Positions 1 through 11,236 of a stretch of DNA of 64,000 nt are shown here, piece by piece; within the stretch, counting starts at the first letter, position 1; the number at the start of each line of letters is the position of its first letter. A program made the translations under genes and the position numbers. The DNA is from Coniocarpon cinnabarinum (lineage: Eukaryota): NCBI GenBank assembly GCA_051942205.1, contig JAVECO010000012.1, forward strand, positions 124,001 to 188,000, written 5' to 3'. The notes beneath the pieces were generated by a model. The model was not told where the DNA came from and searched no databases. It saw only the letters and a program-made list of their open reading frames with translations.

Positions 1-86
1 TATTCTGACCCTGCCGTGGCGCTTTTTCTGTCGCAAGTTTCAATCTCAGCCGGCGGACAAGGGTCATTTATCAGCCGTCAGATACG

Positions 87-1841
87 ATGCCAGAACCCCA
101 AATATTGACAGGCGACAAATCCGCCCTATCGGCTTTTGTAGATCGCTTCGATGTGAGCTTCGTCTTGAATTTCCAAGGATTGAAACCTGAATGGCGACCT
201 CTAACGAACTCGACAGACCTTTCTTTTCGATTGCGATGGTGAGTCACCCCTGAAAACCCCTGAGGACGCTGCCTCGTCGAGGAGCCGGGATCACGATGTG
301 GTGATAAGCAATGATGTTGCGCGGGATTCACTTTGTCAGATACTTGCTGTGATTTTGCATTAGTGGTCGCCGGATTGATGCATCGTTGAAGTGACTGGCT
401 GTCGAACTAACTCGGCTTAGGTGTGCTATGGTCGGGTGACCACCTCTTTGAGGGGGTACCAGAGGCGTTGGAAGCGCTGAGCAAACGAGGTATGTGTTTC
501 CGTTTATGCCATGCTTTCAGAAGCCATCGGGATCAGCGCTACTGGCATGTCGCGTGTCGTCGTAAGACTCGAAAGATCGCCATTGTTCACAGGAACTTAA
601 GATGCAGAGGTCGTGGATTTGCGCCGAGTGAGTGATGTTGAAGCTGATGTGGGATGTAGGCAAGCGCTTGATCTTTGTGACGAATAATAGCACGAAGTCG
701 CGAGCGTCGTATAAGGCCAAGTTTGATAGCATGGGGATACCGGTGTCTGTGGTGCGTTTTTCAGACCTGTCGACCTCATCACCTCTTCTTCGTTGTCAAG
801 GTCTCCAGCACAAAGGCACCCTTTTCGCCCGTCCTTTCGTTTGATGTTTCGTCTACGCTGCTATGACCATAATAGAAAAACAAGTTGCATTCGAAAATGG
901 ATTTTCATTGCTGCTGATCGATCACCTCTACCGCTTTTCAACTACATCGCACATGATCCCAGGCCTGACGCGCTGATACTAGGACTCGATTGTGGGCTCT
1001 TCTTTCGCCTCTGCCGCCTACATCGCAAACACTCTCCGTCACCAGCCACCGAAGAACAAAGTCTTTGTCCTCGGCGAAGCTGGCATCACAGACGAGCTCG
1101 ATGCACTAGGTGTACCATGGTGAGTAATCTTAGTGTCAACGCACACGAACACTCCCGTGACCAATGCCGTTTAGGATTGGAGGACCTGATCTGGCGTTCC
1201 GCCGTGACTTTGACGCATCGACAGACTTTGCACGCATAGCGAGTGGCGAGGCATTAGATCCCAACGGTACGCCACTGGATTCTCAAGGTTGGAGACTCCG
1301 TCGTCCCCTAGGCACATTGCGCTCCTCCAGCGCTACGAGCGTCTCCACTCTCGTCCGGAAACCACAGGAAGATGACGCATAGCTGACAAACACAGTCTCC
1401 ATCGTCCTCTCCGGCCTCGACTTCCACCCGTCCTACCTCAAACTCTCCCACGCCTTCGCCTATATACAACGCGGCTCCACGTTCCTAGCCACAAACCCCG
1501 ACACGACCCTCCCCAACGCGCGCGCTCTCTTCCCCGGCGCCGGCAGCACCACCGCCCCGCTTATCGCTGCATCTGGAAAACAACCAATCACCCTCGGCAA
1601 ACCGGCAAAGGAAATGATGGATGCCATTGCTTCGACTATAGGTGGGTTTGAGAGGGGGAGAGCTTGTATGGTTGGAGATCGGGTGGGGACGGATATTCGA
1701 TTTGGGGTTGAGAGTGGGCTTGGTGGTACACTCGGGGTGTTGACTGGCGTTAGCTCAACAGAGGAGATGGTGGAGGGAGTGGAAGGAGTGAGGGCGGGGG
1801 CAGTGGTGGAGAGTTTAGGGGATTTGGCTGTTTTGCTTTGA
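87..1841 (+). CDS. PHO13: HAD-IIA 4-nitrophenylphosphatase / phosphoglycolate phosphatase (Pho13-like), 7 exons
   Basis: Spliced model: exons 87-152, 217-238, 421-489, 660-751, 983-1119, 1175-1266, 1396-1841. It gives MPEPQIL...[11 protein letters not shown] (DxD motif I), [22 protein letters not shown] and [13 protein letters not shown]...LGVLTGVS; all introns GT-AG. Confidence 0.93.
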
Positions 1842-2689
1842 TGTTGGGTGGGGCCGATACTTGTGTTGAGTGGAAGTGAGTGGGCAATGCCTTGTGAATT
1901 GACTTGCATCTTTGCGCGTTAGACTGGATTGATGGTTCTGTGCAGTCAAAATAAGAGCAGAGGTATGTTGGTAAGTAAACCTGACTGGAAAGGCACGTGA
2001 TGTCGAGCGGGAAACATGGACTGCAACGTATGGCTCATCTGGACGCTGAGGGAGTTCAAGAGATGAACGACAAAGTAAAGCGTCATACGGGCACAACATT
2101 GACGATACGCAGCAGACAGTTGAGCTAACCACGCCCGCCTCACTCTTGAGGCTCATTGAAGGTATCATCTCACCGCTACAAGCTTGGACTTGTCTTCATC
2201 CACCATCCTCCACAATCTTTCCATCGTCTCCACACGCGCAAACACGGAATCACGCATTTCAAAGTCAAGGTTGAGATCTCTGCTGATTTCTACGTGTCAT
2301 GGCTGCGACCTTACATTCATTCCAGCTACTCGATGTCGCTGTTGCAGGCTGTGACCGTCATATCCCTGGCACATCGCCACGACATTCATTGCATCCATGC
2401 CTTGAATCTCTGCCCATCTCTGATCATCTCTAAACCTCACGTCACACCCTCTCCACACCTCCCCGCCTCCTCCGTCGCTCAAGCACATCCAAAGGCCGAA
2501 AAACAACCGGTCTGATCAACGCATCCTCCGGCATCGAAAACGTCTCCATGTGTTCAAGACGTGGCCAATTGCTGAAACGCGACCAACTTGGCAAAAGACC
2601 GCGTGATACGCGCCCTTTGCCAATCCTGGACTGGCGACCCTTCCCAGATGACAGGAACGCGCGTGATGAGTCGGGACGCAGTGGGTGAG

Positions 2690-5600
2690 TTACCAGAAGC
2701 CTTTGATGTTGTCGAGGGAGAAGACCGGTTTCCACTGGTTGGCTTGCGGGTTTGTGGCGGAGGGCGGGTTCAAGGCGCCGTAGGTGTTGGCGCTCTCTTG
2801 GGAAGGACGTGGGGTTGTCTTGTAGGTTTGAGGGCTCTGCTGGTAAGTCTGAGGATTCGTCTGGGAGGGTTGAGGACTCTGCTGGTAAGTCTGAGGACTC
2901 GTCTGCCAGGCGTTTGGGCCATTCTGATGCTTGAGCGAAAGCTTGCTCGCGTAGCCGAGAGGGTTGTAGCCTGAGTTCTTTAGGGTGTGGGTTGGGGTTG
3001 GCTGAGCGTGGGTTGGGTTGTTCTGTTCGACGGCTGGGATCGTCTGCTGAAGCGATGCGGCGGACAAGGCAATGTCCACTTCGCGAAACCCCGCTTCCCA
3101 GTCTTGGACGTGACGGGGGTGACGGCGGCGGTGGCGACGGTTTTGAGGGCTTCGTCCGCCGTCGTAACTGTATCCGGTGGAACCACCTAGACTTGCACCT
3201 GCACCTGGACCTGCACCGGCACCGGCACCTCCGTGGCCACTCTTGTTCACACCACTCTTCCCACCCATGGTAGTATTCTCACCATGATACTCCTCCGCAC
3301 GAGGAGTCTCATCATCCCCATCCCCATCATCATCGTCATCGTCATCCTGCGTGCCTCCAGCAGTCCCGCCCGTCGAAGAGATCTCCGGATCAGCCCGGAG
3401 ACGGGTAGCAAGACACTCATAGAACCCCTTGTCAAAAGAAGTGCACTTCAAATACTCCCACCAAAGTCTGAAACCAGGGTGAACTCCAGCATCCGGATCC
3501 GTGAACCACTTCAGCACCTTGGCCGGCGTCAGTTTCTCCAGAACACGAGTATTGTGATCGCGCCAGGAGGCCATCTCTCCTTCAAAGCTGCTGAGTGCTT
3601 CGGCCATGGCTATGCGCTTTTTCGCGGTGTCGGCGGTGGGATCGTCGAGGGCCGGCATCTCAAAGGCGGGTTTTGTTTCGAGGAGTTCGAGGAGGGGCTC
3701 GTCCATCCACTCTGGGCGGAGACGCTCAGAGGCGATGATCCGCGCCCAGTGGTGCAACACCTTGGGCGGGACGTAGAGTTGGGTCTCGGAGGCTGAGAGC
3801 TTGTCTGAATAGCGCGGCTGGGTGTACATGCCCATGTAGACGTATTGCTTCTCGCCTGTCGCTTCGTTCTGCTCTTTGGGTGTCTCTTTGGTCGAGGCAA
3901 CGCCGTGGGTCGGGGGAGCGATGTCCTCGCCGTCGTCTTCATCGTCGTCGTTGGAGGGGTGGTCAGGAAGGGCGACGAAGACGGGGACGTTGATGAAGCG
4001 GGGGTCCATGTCTCCTTCGTAGTCGAGGTCGGGGAGGTCGTTGCAGAGAGGCGTGAGAGCTGCGCCGTGGTCGCCCTTTTGCTGCGTCAGCGGCGTTGAT
4101 TCTGAATGAGGCGGATGACGAAGGAAGAATGTCGAGAATGGAACAAGGAACGGGAGAATGACATGGAAGGAGGTAGAATGAGAGAGTGAGATAGGAGGGT
4201 CGGACGTGGGAATTGAGAAGACGACAAATAGGACGATGAGAGATGAAAGAGGCAAGAAAGGGGAGTGTGAACTGAGATGAAGAGTATGTAATGGGAAACA
4301 TGAGGAGTGGGCGGGAAGTGTGAAAGCGAAGAGAGAAAAAAAACTTACCGGTCGTTTCGGGACGTAAGGATTCGTCTCCGCGTCAAGAGCGTACCATGTT
4401 TCCTTCTCGAGGCGAAACTTGACTTTGGAGCTCTTGGACCTGGATCGTGTCAGCTTTCTGTCGCGAAGATGCTCTTGTTTCGCTTGACGTCTTCGGCTCT
4501 GAGAACGAGGACGGCCCGTCATCGAGTGCGTACAGTCTCGTTGGCCGCGACATGCCCCTCGATGAACGGACATGAACGTGGGAGGAGCGCAAAGAACACG
4601 GAAATGCCACCCCAGGGCGGCATTTCCCTGTTTCTCATTGCCTCAGCCACCTCATTGCCTCCATCTCTGCCCTTCAAACAAAGAGGAAGAAAGAAAGAAG
4701 AAAAAAAAAGGAAGAGAACTCACCCAGTACGCAGCTCCTCGTTCTTGTCAGTCACCATCTCAGTAAGCGAATGCGCCGGATAATAAAGTCCCGGAGCCCA
4801 CTCATCACCACCGAGGGTCTTCTTCAGGAAGGAGAGCGGGAAGGTGACCATGTTGCCGAGGGGGACGGGCTTCATTGCGAGGACGGAGGTCTCGTATCGG
4901 GGCAACGTGAGGATGTAGGGAGCTTGAGTTGGGATAAGGGGAGCTTGAGCTTGGTTGGCTTGGGCGAGGTGTTGGCTGAGTGTCATCTGTGCTTGTCAGT
5001 ACAAGATCCGAGAGCGACCCATTCTTCAGAGCATCTTGTCTCTGGACGGTCTCCGTTCTTGAGGGCGTTGTGTTGATGAATGCACAGGGATCAGGGCAAC
5101 CGTGGGAAGAAAGGGGAGTACGAACCTTGCCCTTTCCTTTTCCAACCTCCTCACCAGCAGTCTCAGCACGACCGCCATGATCCCCACCCTGACCGCCATG
5201 ATCACCACCCTGACCACCGACATGACCACCAGCGCCACCGGACTTGACGGTAGCAGCAGGTCCAGCAACCGCATCCTTGGACGGTTCCCGAGCAACAGGC
5301 ATAGCCACCGCCATCTCCACGACCTCGAAAAGCCGCTCGACATGACCCATCAACTTGGTTACTTCCCCCTTGAAGTCTTCCTTGAGAGCGGGAATCTCAT
5401 TCTGGAGCACGGCTTTGAGTTTGGAGTCATGCGTGATTGCTGACATCTTCTCAGATGCTGAGACGGGACTCATCCCTTCTTTGCCTTCCTTCTTGGTGAC
5501 TTCTTTCTGGTCTTTTGCGTCGTCGTTTTTGGAGGGTGAGTACTTGGAGGATTCGATATTCGAGGGTCCGGCTTTGGAGGACAGGTCCTTGGAAGAGGGA

Positions 5601-6226
5601 CGGACGTAGACATGAGGTTGCAGGATGGTACCGCCCGATGGATGAGTGACTTGAGGATTGGAAGCTTGAGTCGGATTGAAAGAAGCTTGAGCTGGATTGA
5701 AAGAAGCATGAGGAATGAGGTTTCCACCCTTGGTGACGTCCTTCCCACTTCCCGCACCTCCCGGAGACTTTCCCACACCACCAGTTCCACCTCCACCAGA
5801 AACATGATCCCCACCACCATGAGCATATCCACCACGACCCTGACTCCCACCACCACCAGCATGTCCGCCACCACCCACGTGGCCAGCGACGTGAGCATCC
5901 TGGCTAAAATCAAAGCCATAATCAAATTCACCAGCAGAAGCATTACGAGCATTGGCAGCATGGGCATGGGCATTGGCATTGGCAGCAGCCGCATCGTCGA
6001 ACTTCACATTGCCACCGCTCTGGGAGGAAGCGTGGCGGGACTTACCACTGGGGCCCTGGGCGTCTTGGTGGCCCTGGGCGTCCTGGCGGCCCTTGGAATC
6101 TTGGCGGTTGGGCCCCTGCCGTCCCGAAGAGCCCTGGCGGCCCGGCGGTTTTCCATAGACGTTCTGGAAAACCGGGTTGTTTTTGGCGGCCGCCATGAAC
6201 TCTTCGGGAGACGCGAAGTTGGTCAT
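2690..6226 (-). CDS. Large low-complexity fungal protein with a conserved central domain (DUF6697-like), multi-exon
   Basis: Exons approx. 6226-5126, 4986-4724, 4439-4349, 4075-2690 joined in frame by GT-AG introns. Conserved-looking block LGGDEWAPGLYY...WYALDAETNPYVPKRPGDHGA...PVFV...YVYMGMYTQPRYSDKL...LWWEYLKCTSFDKGFY, with Gly/His/Gln-rich flanks. Domain name is from memory and needs an HMM check; both ends are uncertain. Confidence 0.75.
2821..2905. repeat. Coding tandem repeat, about 42-bp period (SPQTYQQSPQ-type peptide)
   Basis: ctctgctggtaagtctgagga-tcgtctg occurs twice; minus strand encodes SPQTYQQSPQPSQT NPQTYQQSPQTYKT. Confidence 0.8.
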
Positions 6227-6362
6227 GGTGAGTTTACACTCGGTTTGAAAACTACCTGAGTGTGTTCTGTGAGTGGACTGGGCGGTGCTAGAAGGGGGTG
6301 AGTGGAGGTTGATTACTGATAAGGTAGGGTGGGTGCGAAGAGCTGGTTGATCTTTGCCGATG

Positions 6363-6482
6363 GCTCGGAAGCTGACTGCTTGAGGGTTGACTGTTTGGAA
6401 GCTGACTGCTTGGAGGTTGATTGCTCGACAAATGATTGCTCAACAGTTGACTGCTCGAAAACTGGTTGCTCGGAAGCTGATT
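6363..6482. repeat. 15-bp degenerate tandem repeat, 8 copies
   Basis: Units gctcggaagctgact, gcttgagggttgact, gtttggaagctgact, gcttggaggttgatt, gctcgacaaatgatt, gctcaacagttgact, gctcgaaaactggtt, gctcggaagctgatt; minus strand encodes QSxx(E/K) pentapeptides. Confidence 0.9.
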
Positions 6483-7829
6483 GTAGAGCGAAGTTGGTAG
6501 CTTGCAGTTCTCGCTCTGTGGAGTTTTCGATCTTTGGAGAGAAGCGTGAAGGAGGAGCTCGCAGAAGAGGCTTGTGGTAGTTGATCATGACAAGCCGTGA
6601 TTGTTCGTTGCAGAGAAGCTTGAAGAAAGACTTGAGAGGAAGCTGTGCAAGAAGTTGTGCGAGGAAGAGGGAAAAAGAAGAAGAAGGTGGAGAGGAAGCG
6701 GAGAGAGAAAAGAGAAAAGAGAAAGGGAGGTGGGAAGAGTTATATATTGAATTGTCACATGTCAGAAAGATTGATTGGCTCCTCTCAGCTGACGTGGCGG
6801 CCTTGCAGGGATGCTGCAAGGTGAAGGGCTCAGATTGGAATGTTTGACACTTCTCGGCGAATGAGAAGTCTTGCTTTCCTCGTGTGACGTGAGTGGCTCA
6901 GCCCTACTGACAGAAGATTGAGGACTCGAAAATCTGAGAGTGAGAGTGAACTATGAGAGTGGCGCAGGAATTCCCGCCTCGCCATCGTCAGCCCATTGCA
7001 GGTCGTCCAGTGCAAGTTGAAGATGCTGCCAAAGCAGACACGATGGCATAGACTCAAAGACACTCGAAATCTCGCCGCTAATAGCCTTGGAAGAAGAGAG
7101 GACTCGCCGAGTCGGAAGAGTGGGTGTGGCGGTGAGGAATATCTCAGATCATCGAATGTCATCTACTTGTCATAATCGTGCCAAAACATATGCCATCATA
7201 TTGGAATAGTCTTCGTTCTTCGAGTCGTCTTTGTCCATGTCTCAATACAACTATGTGTCTTGCTTCACAAGAAAAAGATCCCAGGGCCAGTCACTCCCGG
7301 GAAAATGCTTGATTGCACAAATTGGAGATGCCAAGATCCATTAGAAACGAGGCAAGTTGTTACATTCGTTCAGCAGGTGGCAATCGAGATTACTTGATTG
7401 TGGAAGAAAGACATCAGAGCGCAAAGATGATCACAAGCATTGAGCCTGGAATGCAAGACGTCGAGTCTTAGTCAAGCTGTGATCGTGAAGGCCGTCACAC
7501 CTTTGGGTATCTTCAGTCTTAGTGTTCCTTCAATTGCAAAACATGAGATTGGATTTGCTTGCTGCAATAGTATCCGAACTTCTGTTAACAACAAATGTCG
7601 ACAACAAACACCCGTACGCCGCAAATCTCTCGATACCCAACGTGGCAAATGTTTATTCAGTCAATCAAGCGTGTTGAGCTCATTCTTTGGGTGCCAGCTT
7701 TGCATTACTAAGGGGCAGCTGGGATGAATAAGCTCGATGCGCTACATACTACTGAATTGAATTAATGCTGAAGGGATGATTCGCTGCAGAGAAACCGCGT
7801 TAGATACTGTCGCCCGTGTCTTTACCAAC

Positions 7830-8112
7830 GCTCTGCCTCTAGCGTCCGCGCCAGCAACCTTATTAGCATCTCTAACGACGTCGTTATCAGCGCCTTTGCG
7901 TAAAGCGCCGTTAATAGCGCCCTTTTCAAAACCCTCTTGCCAGCCTTTTCATCAATGCCCTCACAGCGTCCTTAACTACACCCTCACGGCGCGCTCACGA
8001 GTGCTCTCATAAGCGTTCTAACCAGCGTCCCTATTTTCGCCTTTCTAAGCCCCTCATCAGCAACCTCATCGGCGTCTTCACAGCGTGCTTTTCGACTCCC
8101 TCATCAGCGTCC
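7830..8112. repeat. Degenerate ~12-bp minisatellite (cctcatcagcgt-like)
   Basis: Recurrent ctcatcagc(g/a) and variants cttattagca, gttatcagcg, gttaatagcg, ctcataagcg, ctaaccagcg. Confidence 0.55.
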
Positions 8113-9429
8113 GTAGTGACGGCTCAGGACCTCACTCAACCCGCCTTACTCAAAGCGCTTATGAAGTGCAAAAAATACTTCATAAGATTTTGTTGATGCA
8201 ATCACGAGTACAGACGCCCCGATGCTCGACGACATTCCAGAATGCTCAAAGTACCACAAAGTGCTTAAAGATATCATAAAGGGCTGCCGTCAAGAATGAG
8301 AAAGTGCCAATGGCGTCAATAGCAGCGCCGAAATTGAATTGATTGGAGTTGCCCTGATTGTTTAGTGTGGCATTTGTGATCAACCGGCAGATTTTGATCG
8401 ACTCGCAGGTTTCGATCAACCAATGTACTGAGGGAGTGTATATTGAGAAACTACCACCGTGCTCAACACGCTGTGCTCAACGCTTTCGTTGTCTCATCTT
8501 CGCTTCTATGTCTTATGTGAATGGACATGATCAACCTCTTCCTCATTCGTAGCACACTGCATTCTCGGGACCTCGTGGTAGCAAGGCACGGAATCTGTTC
8601 GCCGACACTCTTCACCGGACACGGGGTTATTGGAGTATCCGCTTTGTAGAGTGCAGGCTTGAACTTACATTCAAGGTGTTTTCGTCGACCAGGGACAGCG
8701 TCGAGCCTGGGCAGCGTTGCCGCAAAACGGAGGGACGTCGCATATTTGACCAAGTTCTATGCTCACATGTTCTATGGCCCTCAGAATATGTGGCATACTC
8801 TACGGGAAGTCTCATCACACACATGTAGTCATACGCCCGTAGTCATACACTTGTAATTGTATCTGAAATACCAGCATCTGCTACATTCTAACGCAATCTA
8901 CGTATCGCGTCGTCCGCTCTGTTAAAGTAACAAAATTCTCAGACAGCGTCTTTCAAGGTAAGCTCATGATGAAAGTCTCTTCAAGGCGTAATAAACAACA
9001 CCATAATTGACAGTGAACGGTTCACCAGATGTGAACAGGATAACAGGGGAGCAAGGTGGAGGTCGAGGCGCCCTTGGAGTCGTCGCGTCTACTTCCCGTT
9101 ACTAATGCCATTCGCAAGCTTGCGCACATACCGGCACGACCGGGTATTAATTGTACAGCCTTTTTTCGGATGGACAGCCGCGAAAAGCCGCGAAGAGCGA
9201 AGGTGAACATAGTCAACTGACGCGACTCCAGGGTAGAGCGTCTCCATGTAAGTTCAACTCAGCCTTCTTTCATACACGCACATCCATTTACACGACCATT
9301 TACATGATCATCTGCATGAGCAGAACCTACACGTTTCATCCAAGACGTTGGTCCTCGAACGAAACAGCCGAGCACCGGTCTCAGCGGCGTGTCGAAGATC
9401 TCAGCGGCGTGGCGAAGATCGTAAAGACT

Positions 9430-10050
9430 TAGTAGCAGGTCTCACTATACCGCTTGCTTACCGCTGTTCTTACACCAGCCTCAACAGTCTATCGCAAGCG
9501 GCATATCAGCCTCATCTCAAAAGAACTCGGCGTAGGTCTTACCAAGGCTTCAAAAGGATTCAACTTCTTTTTACCTCTCTATACTCTTTTGCTTTTGCTT
9601 GACCTCTCTACTGCTTCTACGAAACCTCCTCACTACCTCCTCTACCTTTACTGCCTTCTTTGTCTTTCCTGTCTCTTCTACCCGCCCCTACCTTTACTGC
9701 ATTCTCTGTCTTCCCTACCCGCCTCTATCTTCGTCCTGCCTCCCTACCTCCCTTTCTCCCTCTGCCTTTCCTTCTATGCCGGTGCTCTGCCTCTCTAACC
9801 TCTACGCTACTTCCCTAGTCTCCCTATCCCTGGTCTCCTACCTCTCTTACACTACCTCTCCTACCTCTATATTCTCTTACTCCCTCCCCACTCCCTCCCT
9901 ACTCCCTCCTCCACTTCTGCCTCCCTTCTCTTACTCCCTTCTCCTCCGTCCCCTACTCTGCTTCCCACGACCTCCCCTCTTCCCTACTGCCTTTAACTCT
10001 CTCCTCTACCTCGTGTTAGCCACTAAGGCCTATTCTAACAACGTAGATCA
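9430..10050. mobile_element. Probable RIP-degraded repeat/transposon relic (family unidentifiable)
   Basis: Strongly pyrimidine-skewed plus strand with abundant TpA (cta, tac) and few CpA/TpG; many TAG stops on the minus strand; embedded among minisatellites. No transposase or RT motif recognised. Confidence 0.4.
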
Positions 10051-10080
10051 AGCGCAAGACTGGAAGTCTGTTGGGAGTCT

Positions 10081-10430
10081 ATTGAGAAGGCATTAAGAGA
10101 AGCTATTAAGAAGGCATTTGAGAGAAGTTCTGCAAGGGATTTGAGAGAAGTTCTGCGAGGGATTCGAGAGAAGGCATTTAAAAAGCCGTTGAGAGAAGCC
10201 ATTGAGAAAAGTCGTTGAGAGAAGCCATTGAGAAAAGCACTTTGAGAGTCTGTTAAGAGAAGTCATTAAGAGCAGACATTGATCGAAGCCATGTGAGAAG
10301 CCCTATTTGAGAGAATCGAGAGAAGGCATTTGAGAAGTCATTTGAGAAGCCATTTGAGAGAAGCCATTGAGAGAAGTCGTTGAGAGAAGTCATTTAGGGA
10401 AGCTACTTAAGAGAAGCCGTTGAGAAGCCA
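10081..10430. repeat. Degenerate 11-14-bp minisatellite (ttgagagaagcca-like), more than 20 units
   Basis: Repeated ttgagagaagcca, ttgagaaaagtcg, ttaagagaagcta, tttgagaagtca and similar units. Confidence 0.85.
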
Positions 10431-10433
10431 CCT

Positions 10434-10493
10434 GAGGTTTCTCATGGAGGTTTCTCATGGAGGTGTCTTACGGAGGTGTCTCATGGAGATGTC
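10434..10493. repeat. 13-bp tandem repeat, about 4.5 copies
   Basis: gaggtttctcatg, gaggtttctcatg, gaggtgtcttacg, gaggtgtctcatg, gagatgtc. Confidence 0.9.
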
Positions 10494-10726
10494 GTGGAGT
10501 TTAAGGATCTGCGAAGAGCAGAAGAGGAGAGGCGGGGACGTGAAGCCCAAGAAACGAAGTGAAGACGACCTAGCAAAAGTGAAGAGCATCTAACGAAGGG
10601 GAAGAGCATCTAGCAAAGGGGAAGAGAACCGTCACCAGTGGCCGATAGCATGAGAGCCAGGCCATAGCATACCCAGTCTTGCCCTTCTGCACGTTTCACG
10701 CATATACGCAATATTCGTGATGTTTC

Positions 10727-10855
10727 CATCGCCTCGCTCAATTGTATTACATCGCCTCGCTCAATTGTATTACATCGCGTCGCTCAATTGTATTACATCG
10801 CGTCGCTCAATTGTATTACATCGCATCGCTCAATGGTATTACATCGCGTCGCTCA
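10727..10855. repeat. 23-bp tandem repeat, 5.6 near-identical copies
   Basis: catcgc(c/g/a)tcgctcaat(t/g)gtatta five times plus catcgcgtcgctca; no spacers. Confidence 0.97.
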
Positions 10856-11053
10856 GTTCTCGAGAGACGCGTGCTGCGATTGTATGAGGGAGCAGATGGT
10901 AAGCCATTCGAGGGTAAGCTATTCGAGGCCTGAGAAATGCCCCGAAGCCACTTTGAGAGTTCTTCAGGTTAATTTGAGACTTGCCCGGGTGCATCAACTA
11001 TGATCGAGACCCAACCTGTTCAATCACACGCGCAACTGATCACAAAGCTTGAG

Positions 11054-11076
11054 TGAATGAATGAATGAATGAATGA
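11054..11076. repeat. (TGAA)n microsatellite
   Basis: tgaatgaatgaatgaatgaatga. Confidence 0.9.
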
Positions 11077-11236
11077 GTGATAAAGGTCGTAAAGAATTTG
11101 TAACATGTTCAGTCCCTCATATCTGTGTATGATGGTGTAGATATACTAGCTGTACATTATGATGTAATACCCATCTGTCTCTTCATGTCATCTGCAGCAT
11201 CTCTTCTTTACCGTACGAGAATAGACATTACTCTTA

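Noticed and set aside
5102..6259. Plus-strand Thr/Met-rich ORFs
   Set aside because: Antisense to the Gly-rich exon of the minus-strand gene.
9454..10096. Leu/Ser/Pro-rich ORFs 9454-9798 and 9599-10096
   Set aside because: Open only because the strand is purine-poor; they lie in the RIP-like relic.
10727..10855. 23-bp repeats as a CRISPR array
   Set aside because: Contiguous units with no spacers, eukaryotic context and no cas genes.
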